Assembly (NCBI RefSeq): GCF_009914755.1 | Contig: NC_060930.1 | DNA length: 64,000 bases | Direction: 5' to 3' (one strand) | Source of the DNA: the human T2T-CHM13v2.0 reference genome, Homo sapiens | In this document: positions 36,360 to 52,767 of the stretch, in pieces | How the letters are laid out: each line of letters starts with the position of its first letter | Numbering within the stretch: the first letter of the stretch is position 1 | Translations under genes and position numbers: made by a program | Notes under the pieces: model-generated | Seen by the model: the letters and a program-made list of their open reading frames with translations, nothing else | Database searches by the model: none | What the model was told of the DNA's origin: nothing

Positions 36360-39300
36360 ATACTGCATATAAAACTTGACAGAAGAATTCTCAGAAACTT
36401 ATTTGCAATGTGTGCATTCAACTCACAGAGTTGAAACTTTCTTTCAATAGAGCAGTTTTGAAATAGTATTTTGTAGAACTTCCAAGTGGATATTTAGAGC
36501 GGTTCGAGACCTATGGTAGAAAAGGAAATATTTTCTTAGAAAAACTAGACAGAATGATTCTCAGAAACTACTTTGTGATGTGTGCATTCAGCTTTCTGAG
36601 TTTAATCTTTCTTTTGATAGAGCAGTTTTGAAACATTCTTTTTGTGGAATTTGCAAGTGCATATTTAGAGTGTTTTGCGGCCTAAGGTAGAAAAGGAAAT
36701 ATCTTCACATAAAAACTAGAAAGAAGCATTGTCAGAAACAACTTTGTGATATTTGCATTCAACTCACAGAGTTGAACATTCCTCTTGATAGAGCAGCTTT
36801 GAAACACTCTTTGTGTAGGATCTGTAAGTGGATATTTAGACCTCTTTGTGGCCTTCCTTAAAACTTGATTTCTTCTTATAAATCTAGACAGAAGAATTCT
36901 CAGAAACTTCTTTGTGATGTGTCCTTCCAACTCACAGAGTTGAATCCTCCTTTCGATAGAGCAGTTTTGAAACTCTCTTTTTGTAGAATTTCCAAGTGGA
37001 TATTTAGATCCCTTTGAGGCCTATGGTAGAAAAGTCAATATATTCATAGAAAAACGAGGCAGAATCATTCTCAGAAACTACTTTGTGTTGTGTGCGTACA
37101 ACTCACACAGTTTAAACTTTCTTTTGTTAGAGCAGTATTGAAACACTCTTTGTAGAATCTGCAAGTGAATATTTGGACTTTTTGAGGCCTTCGATGGATA
37201 CGGGATTTCTTCATATAAATCTTGACAGAAGAATTCTCAGAAACTCCTTTGTGATTTGTGCATTCAACTGACAGAGTTGCACCTTCCTTTCAAAAGAGCA
37301 GTTTTGAAATACTTTTCTTTAAAATTTCCAAGTGGATATTTAGAGCGGTTTGAGGCCTATGGTAGAAAACAATATATCTTCATAGAAAAACTAGACAGAA
37401 TCATTCTCTGAAACTACTTTTTGATGTGTGCATTCAGCTTTCAGAGTTCAACCTTTCTTTTGATAAAGCAGTTTTGAAACACTCTTTTTGAGGAATTTGC
37501 AAGTGCATATTTAGAGCGTTTTGCTGCCTACGGTAGAAATGTAAATATCTTCATATAAAAACTAGATAGAAGCATTTTCAGAAACTACTTTTTGATATTT
37601 GCATTCAACTCACAGAGTTGAACATTCCTAATGATAGGGCAGTTTTGAAACACTTTTTTGAGAATCTGCAAGTGTATATTGGAACCTCTTTTTAGCCTTC
37701 GTTTGAAACGTGATTTCTCAGATACTGTCTTTTTGTGGAATTTGCCTATGTATATTTAGAGCGCTTTGAGTCCTACTGTAGAAAAGGAAATATCTTGACA
37801 TAAAAACTAGACAGAAGCATTGTCAGAGACTACTTTGTGATATTGGCTTTCAACTCACAGGGTTGAACATTCCTCTTGATAGAATAGTTTTGAAACATTC
37901 TTTTTGCAAAATCTGCAAGTGTATATTTGGACCTCTTTGTGGCCATCGTTAGAAACGTGATTTCTTAATATAAAATTAGACAGAAGAATTTTCAGGAACT
38001 TCTTTGTGATATGTGCTTTCAAGTCACATAGTTGAACCTTTCTTTCGATAGAGCAGTTTTGAAACTCTCTTTTTTTGGACTTTCCAATTGGATATAGAGC
38101 GCCGTCTGTGGCCTATGGTAGAAAAGGCAATATCTTCATAGAAAAACTAGACACAATGATTGTCAGAAACTACTTTGTGATGTGTGCATTCAATTCAAAG
38201 AGTTTAACCTTTCTTTTGATAGAGCAGTTTTCAAAAACTCTTTTTGTATAATCTGCAAGTGAATATTTGGACTTTTTGAGGCCTTCGTTGGAATCGGGAT
38301 TTCTTCATATCAAACTTGACAGAAGAATTCTCAGAAACTTCTTTGTGATGTGTGCATTCCACTCACAGAGTTGATCATTCCTTTTGAGAGAGCAGTTCTG
38401 AAAGACTCTTTTTGTAGAATTTCCAAGTGGATATTTAGATGGCTTCGAGGCCTGTTTTAGAAAAGGAAATATCTTCATAGAAAAACTAGACAGAAGAATT
38501 CTGAGAAACTTCTTTTTGATGTGTTCATTCAACTCACAGAGTTGAACCTTCCTTTCTGTAGAGTAGTTTTGAAATTTTCTTTTTGTACAATTTCCAAGTG
38601 GATATTGACAGCAGTTCGAGGCCTATGGTAGAAAAGGAAATATCTTCATTGAAAAAATAGACAGAGTCATTCTCAGAAACTACTTTGTGATATGTACATT
38701 CACCTTACAGAGTTTAACATTTCTTTTGATAGAGCAGTTTTGAAAGACTCTTTCTGTGGAATTTGCAAGTGTATATCTAGTGTGCTTTGAGGCCTACGGT
38801 AGAAAAGGAAATATCTTCAGATAAAACCAAACAGAAGCGTTGTCAGAAATTACTTTGTGATATTTCCATTCAACTCACTGAGTTGAACATTCCTCTTGAT
38901 AGAGCAGTTGTGAAATCCTCTTTTTGTAGAATCAGCAAGTAGATATTTGGACCTCTTTGTGACAATCTTTTGAAACGAGATTTCTTCAAATAAAACTAGA
39001 CCGAAGACCTTTCAGAAACATCTTTGTGACGTGTGCTTTCAATTCATAGAGTTGAACCTTCCTTTCGAGAGAGCAGTTTTGAAATACTCTTTTTGTAGTA
39101 TTTCCAAGTGGATATTTAGAGCCGTTGGAGGCTTATGGTATAAAATTAAATATCCTCATAGAAAAACTGGACAGAATCATTCGCAGAAACTACTTTGTGA
39201 TGTGTGCATTCAGCTTACAAAGTTTAACCTTTCTTTTGATAGGGCAGTTTTGTCACACTCTTTTTGTGGAATTGGCAATTGTATATTTAGAGCGCTTTGA

Positions 39301-41004
39301 GGCCTACGGTAGAAAAGGAAATATCTTCACATAAAAACTAGACAGAAGCATTGTCAGAAACTGCTTTGTGATATATGCCTTCAACTCACAGAGTTGAACA
39401 TTCCTCTGGATAGAGCAGTTTTGAAACACTCTGTTTGTAGAATCTGCAAGTGGATATTTGGACCTCTTTGTGGCCTTCTTTTGAAACATGATTTCTTCAT
39501 ATAAAACTAGACAGAAGAATTATCAGAAACTTCTTTGTGATGTGTGCTTTCAACTCACAGAGTTGACCCTTCCTTTCAATAGAGAAGTTTTGAAACTCTC
39601 TTTTTGTAGGAAATCCAAGTGCATATTTAGCGTCATTTGAGGCTTGTGATAGAAAAGGCAATATCTTAATAGAAAAACTACACAGAATGATTCTCAGAAT
39701 CTACTTAGTGATGAGCACGTTCCACTCACAGAGTTTAACCTATCTTTTGGTAGGGCAGTTTTGAAACACTCCTTTTGTAGAATCTGCAACTGAAAATTTG
39801 GGCTTATTTGAGGCCTTCGTTGGAAGAGGTATTTCTTCATATAAAATTTGACAGAATAATTCACAGGATCTTCTTTGTGATATGTGCATTCCACTCACAG
39901 AGTTGAACTTTCCTTTCGATAGAACAGTATTGAAATACTCTTTTTGGAGAATTTGAAGTGGATAGTTAGAGCGGTTCACAGTCTGTGGTAGAGAAGGAAG
40001 CATCTTCATTGTTAAAGTAGACGGAATCATTCACAGTAACTTCTTTGGGATGTGTACATTCAGCTTACAGAGTTTAAACTTTCTTGTGATAGAGCAGTTT
40101 TGAAACACTCTTTTTTTGGATTTTGCAAGTGTATATTTAGAGCGCTTTAAGGTCTACAGTAGAAAAGGAAATATTTTCACATAAAAACTAGACAGAAGCA
40201 TTGTCAGAAAATACTTTGTGATATTTGCCTTCAACACACAGGGTTGAACATTCCTCTTGATAGAGCAGTTTTGAAACTCTCTTTTTGTAGAATCTGCAGG
40301 TGGATATTTGGACCTCTTTGTGGCCTACGTTTCAAAAGTGATTTCTTCATATAAAACTAGACAGAAGAATTCTCAGAAACTTCTTTGTGATGTGTGCTTT
40401 CAACTCACAGAGTTGAACCTTCCTTTCGATAGAGCAGTTTCAAAACTCTCTTTTTGTAGAATTTTCAATTGGATATTTAGCACCGTTTGATGCCTATGGT
40501 AGAAAAGGCAATATCTTCATAGAAAAACTAGAGACAATGATTCTCAGAAACTAATTTGTGATGTGTGCATTCAACTCACAGAGTTTAACCTTTCTTTTGA
40601 TTGAGCAGTTTTAAAACACTGTTTTGTAGAATCTGCAAGTGAATATTTGGACTTTTTTGAGGACTTCGTTTGAAATGGGATTTCTTCATATAAAACTTCA
40701 CAGAAGAATTCTCAGAAACTTCTTTGTGATGTGTGCATTCAACTCACAGTGTTTAACTTCCCTTTCGATAGAGCAGTTTTGAAACTCTCTTTTTTTTGGT
40801 ATTTCCATGTGGATATTTAGCGCCATATGAGGCCTATCGTAGAAAAAGAAATATATTCACAGATAAATTAGACAGAATGATTCTCAGAAACTACATTGTG
40901 AAGTGTTCGTTCAACTCAGAGAGGTTAACCTTTATATTCATAGAGCCTTTTTGAAATACACTTTTTGTAGATTCTGCAAATGAATATTTGGACTTTTATG
41001 AGAC

Positions 41005-41021
41005 CTTCGTTGGAAACGGGA
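41005..41021 (+). other. CENP-B box (perfect 17-mer)
   Basis: CTTCGTTGGAAACGGGA. Confidence 0.9.
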
Positions 41022-43222
41022 TTTCTTCATATAAAACTTGACAGAAGAATTCTGAAAAACTTTATTTGATATGTGCATTCAACTCACAGAGTAGAACCTT
41101 CCTTTGGATTGAGCAGTTTTGAGATACTCTTTTTGCAGAGTTTCTAAATGGATATTTACAGCAGTTCGAGGCCTATGGTAGAAAAAGAAATAACTTCAAA
41201 GATAAACTACACGGAATCATTCTCAGAAACTAAAACTGCTTAGTAATGTGTGCATTCAGCTTCCAGAGTTTAACTTTTCTTTTGATATACCAGTTTTGAA
41301 ACACTCTTTTTCTGGAATTTGCAAGTGTATATTTAGAGGGCTTTGAGGTCTGCCGTTGAAAAGGAAATATCTTCACATAAAAACTAGACAGCATTGTCAG
41401 AAACTACTTTGTGATATTTGCATTCAACTCACAGAGTTGAAAATTCCTCTTGATAGAGCAGATTTGAAACACGATATTTGTAGAACCTGCAAGTGGATAT
41501 TGGGACCTCTTTGTGGCCTTCGTTTGAAATGTGATATCTTCATATAAAACTGGGCAGAAAAATTCTCAGAAACTTCTTTGTGACGTGTGCTTTCAACTCA
41601 CACAGTTGAAACTTACTTTCGATAGTGCAGTTCTGAGAGTCTCTTTTTGTATAACTTCCACGTGAATATTTAGTGCCATTTGAGGCCTATGGTAGAAAAG
41701 GCAATATCTTCATAGTAATACCAGACAGAATGATTATCAGGAACTGCTTTGTGATGTGTGCGTTCAACTCTCAGAGTTAAACATTTCTTTTTATAGAGCA
41801 GTTTTGAAACACTCTTTTTGTAGGATCGGCGAGTGAATATTTGGACTTTTTTGAGGTCTTCGTTGGAAAAGGGATTTATTCATATAAACTTGACAGAATA
41901 ATTCTCAGAAACTTCTTTGTGATACGTGCATTCAATGCACAGAGTTGAATCTTCCTTTCGATAGAGCATTTTTCATATACTCTTTTTGTAGAATTTCCAA
42001 ATGGATATTTAGAGCGGTCCGAGGCTTATGGCAAAAAAAGGAAACATTTTTATTGAAAAACTAGACAGAATCATTCTCAGAAACTACTTTGTGATGTATA
42101 TATTCAGCTAACATAGTTTAACCTTTCTTTTGATAGAGCTGTATTGAAACACTCTTTTTGTGGAATTTGCATGTGTATATGTAGTGTGCTTTGAGGCCTA
42201 CGGTAGAAAAGGAAATATCTTCACATAAAAACAAAACAGAAGCATTGTCAGAAATTACTTTGCGATATTTGCATTCAACTCACAGAGTTGAACATTCCTC
42301 CTGATAGAGAAGTTTGGAAACACTCTTTCTTTATGTAGAATCAGCAAGTGGATATTTGGACTTTTTTGAGGCCTTCATTGGAAACGGGATTTCTTCATAT
42401 AAAACTTGACAGAAGAATTCTCAGAAACTTCTTTGTGATGTGAGCATTCAACTCACAGAATTGAACCTCCCTTTCGATAGAGCAGTTTTGAAATACTCTT
42501 TTTGTAGCTTTTCCAAGTGGATATTTAGAGCGTTTCGATGCCAATGTTCAAAAAGGAAATATCTTCATAGAAAAACTAGACAGAATCATTCTCAGGATCT
42601 ACTTTGTGATGTGTGCATTCAGCTTACAGAGTTTAACCTTTCTTTTGATAGAGAAGTTTTGAAACACCCTTTTCATGAAAATTGCAAGTGTATATTTAGA
42701 GAGCTTTGAGGCCTACAGTAGAAAAGGATATATCTTCACAAATATTGTACAGAAGCATTGTCAGAAACAACTTTGTGATATTTGCATTCAACTCACAGAG
42801 TTGAACATTCCTCTTGATAGGGCGTTTTGAAACACTCTTTTTGTAGAATCTGCAAGTGGATATTTGGATCTTCTTTGTGGCCTTCGTTTGAAACGTGATT
42901 TCTTCATATAAAACTACACAGAAGAATTCTCAGAAACCTCTTTGTGATGTGTGCTTTCAACTCACACAGCTGAACCTTCCTTTCGATAGAGCAGTTTTGA
43001 AAATCTCTTTTTGTAGAATTTCGAAGTGGTTATGTAGCCCCGTTTGAGGCCTATGTTAGAAAAGGAAATATCGTCATAGAAAAACAAGACAGAATGATTC
43101 TCAGAAACTACTTTGTGATGTGAGCGTTCAACTCACAGAGTTTAACCTTTGTTTTAATAGAGAAGTTTTGAAACACTCTTTTTGTAGAATCTGGAAGTGA
43201 ATATTAGGACTTTTTATGAGGC

Positions 43223-43239
43223 CTTCGTTGGAAACGGGA
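43223..43239 (+). other. CENP-B box (perfect 17-mer)
   Basis: CTTCGTTGGAAACGGGA. Confidence 0.9.
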
Positions 43240-46100
43240 TTTCTTCATATAAAACTTGACAGAAGTCTCAGAAACTTCTTTGGGATGTGTGCATTCAACT
43301 CACAGAGTTGAACCTTCCTTTTGATAGAGCAGTTTTGAAATACTCTTTTTGTAGAATTTCCAAGTGTATATTTAGAGTGGTTCGAGGCCTATGGTAGAAA
43401 AGGAAATATCTTCATAGAAAATCTAGACCGAATGATTCTCAGAAACTACTTTGTGATGTGTGCATTCTGCTCACAGAGTTTAACATTTCTTTTGATAGAG
43501 CAGTTTTGAAACACTCTTTTGCGGAATTTGCATGTGTATATTTAGAGTGCTTTGAAGCCTGTGGTAGAAAAGGAATTATCTTCTCATAAAAAGTAGACAG
43601 AGGCATTGTCAGAAAATACTTTCTGATATTTGTATTCAACTCACAGAGTTGAGCATTCCTCTTGATGGAGCAGTTTTGAAACATTCTTTTTGTAGAATCT
43701 GCAAGTGGATATTTAGACCTCTTTGTGGCACTCGTTTGAAACGTGATTTCTTCATATAAAGCTAGACAGAAGAATTCTCAGAAACTACTTTGTGATGTGT
43801 GCTTTCAACTCACAGAGTTGAACCTTCCTTTCGATAGAGCAGTTTCAAAACTTTCTTTTTGTAGAATTTCCATGTGGATATTTAGCGCCTTTTTAGGCCT
43901 ATAGTAGAAAAGGCAATATTTTCATAGAAAAACAAGACAGAATGATTCTCAGAAACAACTGTGTGATTTATGCTTTGAACTCAAAGAGTTTAACCTTTCT
44001 TTTGATAAAGTAGTTTTGAAACACGCTTTTTGTGGAATTTGCAAGTGTATATTTAGAGCGCTTTGAGGCCTACACTAGAAAAGGAAATATCTTCACAAAA
44101 AAAACTGTACAGAAATATTGTCAGAAATTACTTTGTGGTATTTGCATTCAACTCACAGAGTTGAACATTCCTCTTGATAGGGCTGTTTTGAAACACTCTT
44201 TTTGTAGAATCTGCAAGTGGATATTTTGTCCTATTTGTGGCCTTCTTTTGATACGTGATTTCTTCATATAAAACTAGACAGAAGAATTCTCAGAAACTTC
44301 TTTGTGATGTGTGCTTTCAACTCACACAGTTGAACCTTCCTTTCGATAGAGCAGTTTTGAAACTCTCTTTTTGTAGTATTTCCAAGTGGATATTTAGCGC
44401 CATTTGAGGCCTCTGGTAGAAAAGGCAATATCTTCATAGAAAAATTAGACACAATCATTCTCAGAAACTACTTTGTGATGTGTGCATTCAACTCACAGAT
44501 TTTAACCTTTCTTTTGATAGATCGGTTTTGTAACACTCTTTTTGTAGTATCTGCAAGTGAATATTTGGACTTTGTTGAGGCCTTCGTTGGAAATGGGATA
44601 TCATCATATAAAAGTTGACAGAATTCTCAGAATCTTCTTTGTGTTGTGTGCAATCAACTCACAGTGTTGAACCTACCTTTCGAGAGAGCAGTATTGAAAT
44701 TCTCTTTTTGTAGAATTTCCAAGTGGATATATAGAGCGGTTTGAGGTCTATGGTATAAAAGGCAATATCTTCATAGAAAAACTAGACAGAGTCATTCTCA
44801 GAAACTGTTTGTGATGTAGGCATTCAGGTTACAGAGTTTAACTTTTCTTTTGATAGAGCAGTTTTGACACAGTCTTTTTGTGGAATTTGCAAGTGTATAT
44901 TTGGAGCGTTTTGAGGCCTACCATAGAAAACGAAATATCTACACAAAAAAAACTGTACAGAAGCATTGTCAGAAACTACTTTGTGATATTTGAATTCAAC
45001 TCACACAGTTGAACATTCCTCTTGATAGGGCTCATTTGAAACACTCTTTTTGTGGAATCCACAAGTGGATATTTAGACCTCTTTGGGTCCACAAAAAACT
45101 CTCTTTTTGTAGAATTTCCAGGTGGTTATATACCGCCGTTTGAGGCCTATGGTAGAAAAGGCAATATCTTCATAGAAAAACTAGACAGAAGAATTCTCAT
45201 AAACTTCTTTGTGATGTGTGCTTTCAACTCACAGAGTTGAACCTTCTTTTCAATAGAGCAGTTTTGAAACTCTCTGTTTGTAGAATTTCCAAGTGGATAT
45301 TTAGAACGGTTTGAAGCCTATGGTATAAAGGCAATAGCTTCATAGAAAAACTAGGCAGATTCATTCTCAGAAACTAATTTGTGATGTGTGCATTCAGCTT
45401 ACAGAGTTTAACCTTTCTTTTGATAGATTAGTTTTGAAACACCCTTTTTGTAGTATCTGCAAGTGTATATTTGAACTTTTTTGGGGCTTTCATTGGAAAC
45501 GGGATTTCTTCATATGAAACTTGACAGAAGAATTCCCAGTAACTTCTTTGTGATGTGTGCTTTCAACTCACAGTGTTGAAAATTTATTTTCGATAGAGCA
45601 GTTTTGAAACTCACTTTTTGAAGAATTTCCAAGTGGATATTTAGCGGTATTTGAGGCCTATGGTAGAAAAGTCAATGTCTTCACAGAGAAACTAGACAGA
45701 ATGATTCTCAGAATCCGCTTTGTGATGTGTGCGTTCAACTAACATAGTTTAACATTTCTTTTGATAGATCAGTTTTAAAACACTCTTTTTGTAGAATCTG
45801 CAAATGAATATTTGGACTTCTTAGAGGCCTTCGTTGGAAACGGAATTTCTTTTTTTTGTTTTGTTTTGTTTTTTGTTTATTTATTTATTTTTTTTATTAT
45901 ACTTTAAGTTTTAGGGTACATGTGCACATTGTGCAGGTTAGTTACATATGTATACATGTGCCATGCTGGTGCGCTGCACCCACTAACTTGTCATCTAGCA
46001 TTAGGTGTATCTCCCAATGCTATCCCTCCCCCCTCCCCCCACGCCACCACAGTCCCCAGAGTGTGATATTCCCCTTCCTGTGTCCATGTGATCTCATTGT

Positions 46101-49928
<3,828 letters not shown>

Positions 49929-49991
49929 TATGATGTTAGCTGGTGATTTTGCTCGTTAGTTGATGGAGTTTCTTCCTAGTCTTGATGGTCT

Positions 49992-51007
49992 TTACGTTTT
50001 GGCATGATTTTGCAGCGGCTGGTACCGGTTGTTCCTTTCCATGTTTAGCGCTTCCTTCAGGAGCTCTTTTAGGGCAGGCCTGGTGGTGACAAAATCTCTC
50101 AGCATTTGCTTGTCTGTAAAGTATTTTATTTCTCCTTCACTTATGAAGATTAGTTTGGCTGGATATGAAATTCTGGGTTGAAAATTCTTTTCTTTAAGAA
50201 TGTTGAATATTGGCCCCCACTCTCTTCTGGCTTGTAGGGTTTCTGCCGAGAGATCTGCTCTTAGTCTGATGGGCTTTCCTTTGAGGGTAACCAGACCTTT
50301 CTCTCTGGCTGCCCTTGACATTTTTTCCTTCATTTCAACTTTGGTGAATCTGACAATTATGTGTCTTGGACTTCCTTTCTCCAGGAGTATCTTTGTGGCG
50401 TTCTCTGTATTTCCTGAATCTGAACGTTGGCCTGCCTTGCTGGATTGGGGAAGTTCTCCTGGATAATATCCTGCAGAGTGTTTTCCAACTTGGTTCCATT
50501 CTCCCCATCACTTTCAGGTACACCAATCAGACGTAGATTTGGTCTTTTCACATAGTCCCATATTTCTTGGAGGCTTTGCTCATTTCTTTTTATTCTTTTT
50601 TCTCTAAACTTCCCTTCTCGCTTCATTTCATTCATTTCATCTTCCATTGCTGATACCCTTTCTTCCAGTTGATCACATCGGCTCCTGAGGCTTCCGCATT
50701 TTTCACGTAGTTCTCGAGCCTTGATTTTCAGCTCCATCAGCTCCTTTAAGCACTTCTCTGTATTGGTTATTCTAGTTATACATTCTTCTAAATTTTTTTC
50801 AAAGTTTTCAACTTCTTTGCCTTTGGTTTGAATGTCCTCCCGTAGCTCAGAGTAATTTGATCATCTGAAGCCTTCTTCTCTCAGCTCGTCAAAGTCATTC
50901 TCCATCCAGCTTTGTTCCGTTGCTGGTGAGGAACTGCGTTCCTTTGGAGGAGGAGAGGCGCTCTGCATTTTAGAGTTTCCAGTTTTTCTGTTCTGTTTTT
51001 TCCCCAT
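49992..51007 (-). pseudogene. L1 ORF1p of element #3, disrupted
   Basis: ATG at 51007, TGA at codon 49 (50863-50861), frameshift near 50375. Fragments 50357..50737 and 49992..50333. Confidence 0.95.
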
Positions 51008-51906
51008 CTTTGTGGTTTTATGTACTTTTGGTCTTTGATGATGGTGATGTACAGATGGGTTTTGATATGGATGTCCTTTCTATTTGTTAGTTTTCCTTCT
51101 AACAGACAGGACCCTCAGCTGCAGGTCTGTTGGAATACGCTGCCGTGTGAGGTGTCAGTGTGCCCCTGCTGGTGGGTGCATCCCAGTTAGGCTGCTCAGG
51201 GGTCAGGGGTCAGGGACCCACTTGAGGAGGCAGTCTGCCCGTTCTCAGATCTCCAGCTGCGTGCTGGGAGAACCACTGCTCTCTTCAAAGCTGTCAGACA
51301 GGGACATTTAAGTCTGCAGAGGTTACTGCTGTTTTTTTGTTTGTGCCCTGCCCCCAGAGGTGGAGCCTACAGAGGCAGGCAGGCCTCCTTGAGCTGTGGT
51401 GGGCTCCACCCAATTCGAGCTTCCTGGCTGCTTTGTTTACCTAAGCAAGCCTGGGCAATGGCGGGCGCCCCTCCCCCAACCTCACTGCCGCCTTGCAGTT
51501 TGATCTCAGACTGCTATGCTAGCAATCAGCGAGACTCCGTGGGCTTAGGACCCTCCGAGCCAGGTACAGGATATAATCTCGTGGTGCGCCGTTTTTTAAG
51601 CCGGCCCGAAAAGTGCAATATTCGGGTGGGGGTGACCCGATTTTCCAGGTGCGTTCCTCACCCCTTTCTTTGACTCAGAAAGGGAACTCACTAACCACTT
51701 GCCGTTCCCAAGTGAGGCAATGCCTCGCCCTGCTTTGGCTCACGTACGGTGCGTTCACCCACTGACCTGCACCCACTCTCTGGCACTCCCTAGTGAGATG
51801 AACCCGGTACCTCAGATGGAAATGCACAAATCACCTGTCTTCTGCGTCGCTCATGCTGGGAGCTGTAGACCAGAGCTGTTCCTATTTTGCCATCTTGGCT
51901 CCTCCC
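51008..51906 (-). promoter_or_regulatory. L1 5'UTR of element #3
   Basis: Colinear with 7114-8018. The YY1 site 3' flank is altered (AAGATGGCAA). Confidence 0.85.
51458..51673 (+). CDS. L1 ORF0 (71 aa), open frame
   Basis: ATG at 51458 in gcaATGG context gives MAGAPPPTSLPPCSLISDCYASNQRDSVGLGPSEPGTGYNLVVRRFLSRPEKCNIRVGVTRFSRCVPHPFL*. Expression is not shown. Confidence 0.78.
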   Translation: MAGAPPPTSLPPCSLISDCYASNQRDSVGLGPSEPGTGYNLVVRRFLSRPEKCNIRVGVTRFSRCVPHPFL

Positions 51907-52750
51907 GCAGAAACGGGATTTCTTCATATAAAACTTGATAGAAGAATTCTCAGAAACTTCTTTGTGATGTGTGTATTCAACTCACAGAGCTGAACCTTCC
52001 TTCGATAGAGCAGTTTTGAAATACTCTTTTTGTAGAATTTTGAAGTGGATATTTAGTGCAGTTTGAAGCCTATGGTAGAAAAGGAGATATCTTCATAGAA
52101 AAACTAGACAGAATCTTTCTCAGAAACTACTTTGTGATATGTGCATTAACCTTACAGAGTTTAACCTTTCTTTTGATAGAGCAGTTTTGAAACAACCTTT
52201 TGGTGTCATTTACAAGTGTATATTTAGAGCTTCTTGAGGCCTACGGTAGAAAAGGAAATATCTTCTCCAAAAAACTAGACACAAGCATTTTCAGACACTA
52301 ATTTGTGATATTTGCATTCAACTCACAGAGTTGAACATTCCTCTTGATAGAGCCGTTTTGAAACCCTCTTTTATAGAATCTGCAAGTGGATATTCTGACC
52401 TCATTGTGGCCATCGTTTGATACGTGATTTTTTCATTTAAAACTAGACAGAAGAATTCTCAGATACTTCTTTGCGATGTGTGCTTCCAACTCACAGAGTT
52501 GAACCTTCCTTTCGATAGAGCAGTTTTGAAACTCTCTTTTTGTAGTGTTTCCAAGGGGATATTTAGCGCCATTTGAGGCCTATGGTAGAAAAGGCAATAT
52601 CTTCATAGAAAAACTAGACAGAATGATTCTCAGAAACTACATTTTGATGTATGAGTTCAACTCACAGAGTTTAACCTTTCTTTTCATAGAGCAGTTTTTA
52701 AACCCTCTTTTTGTAGAATCTGCAAGTGAATATTTGGACTTTTTTGAGGA

Positions 52751-52767
52751 CTTCGTTGGAAACGGGA
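52751..52767 (+). other. CENP-B box (perfect 17-mer)
   Basis: CTTCGTTGGAAACGGGA. Confidence 0.9.
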
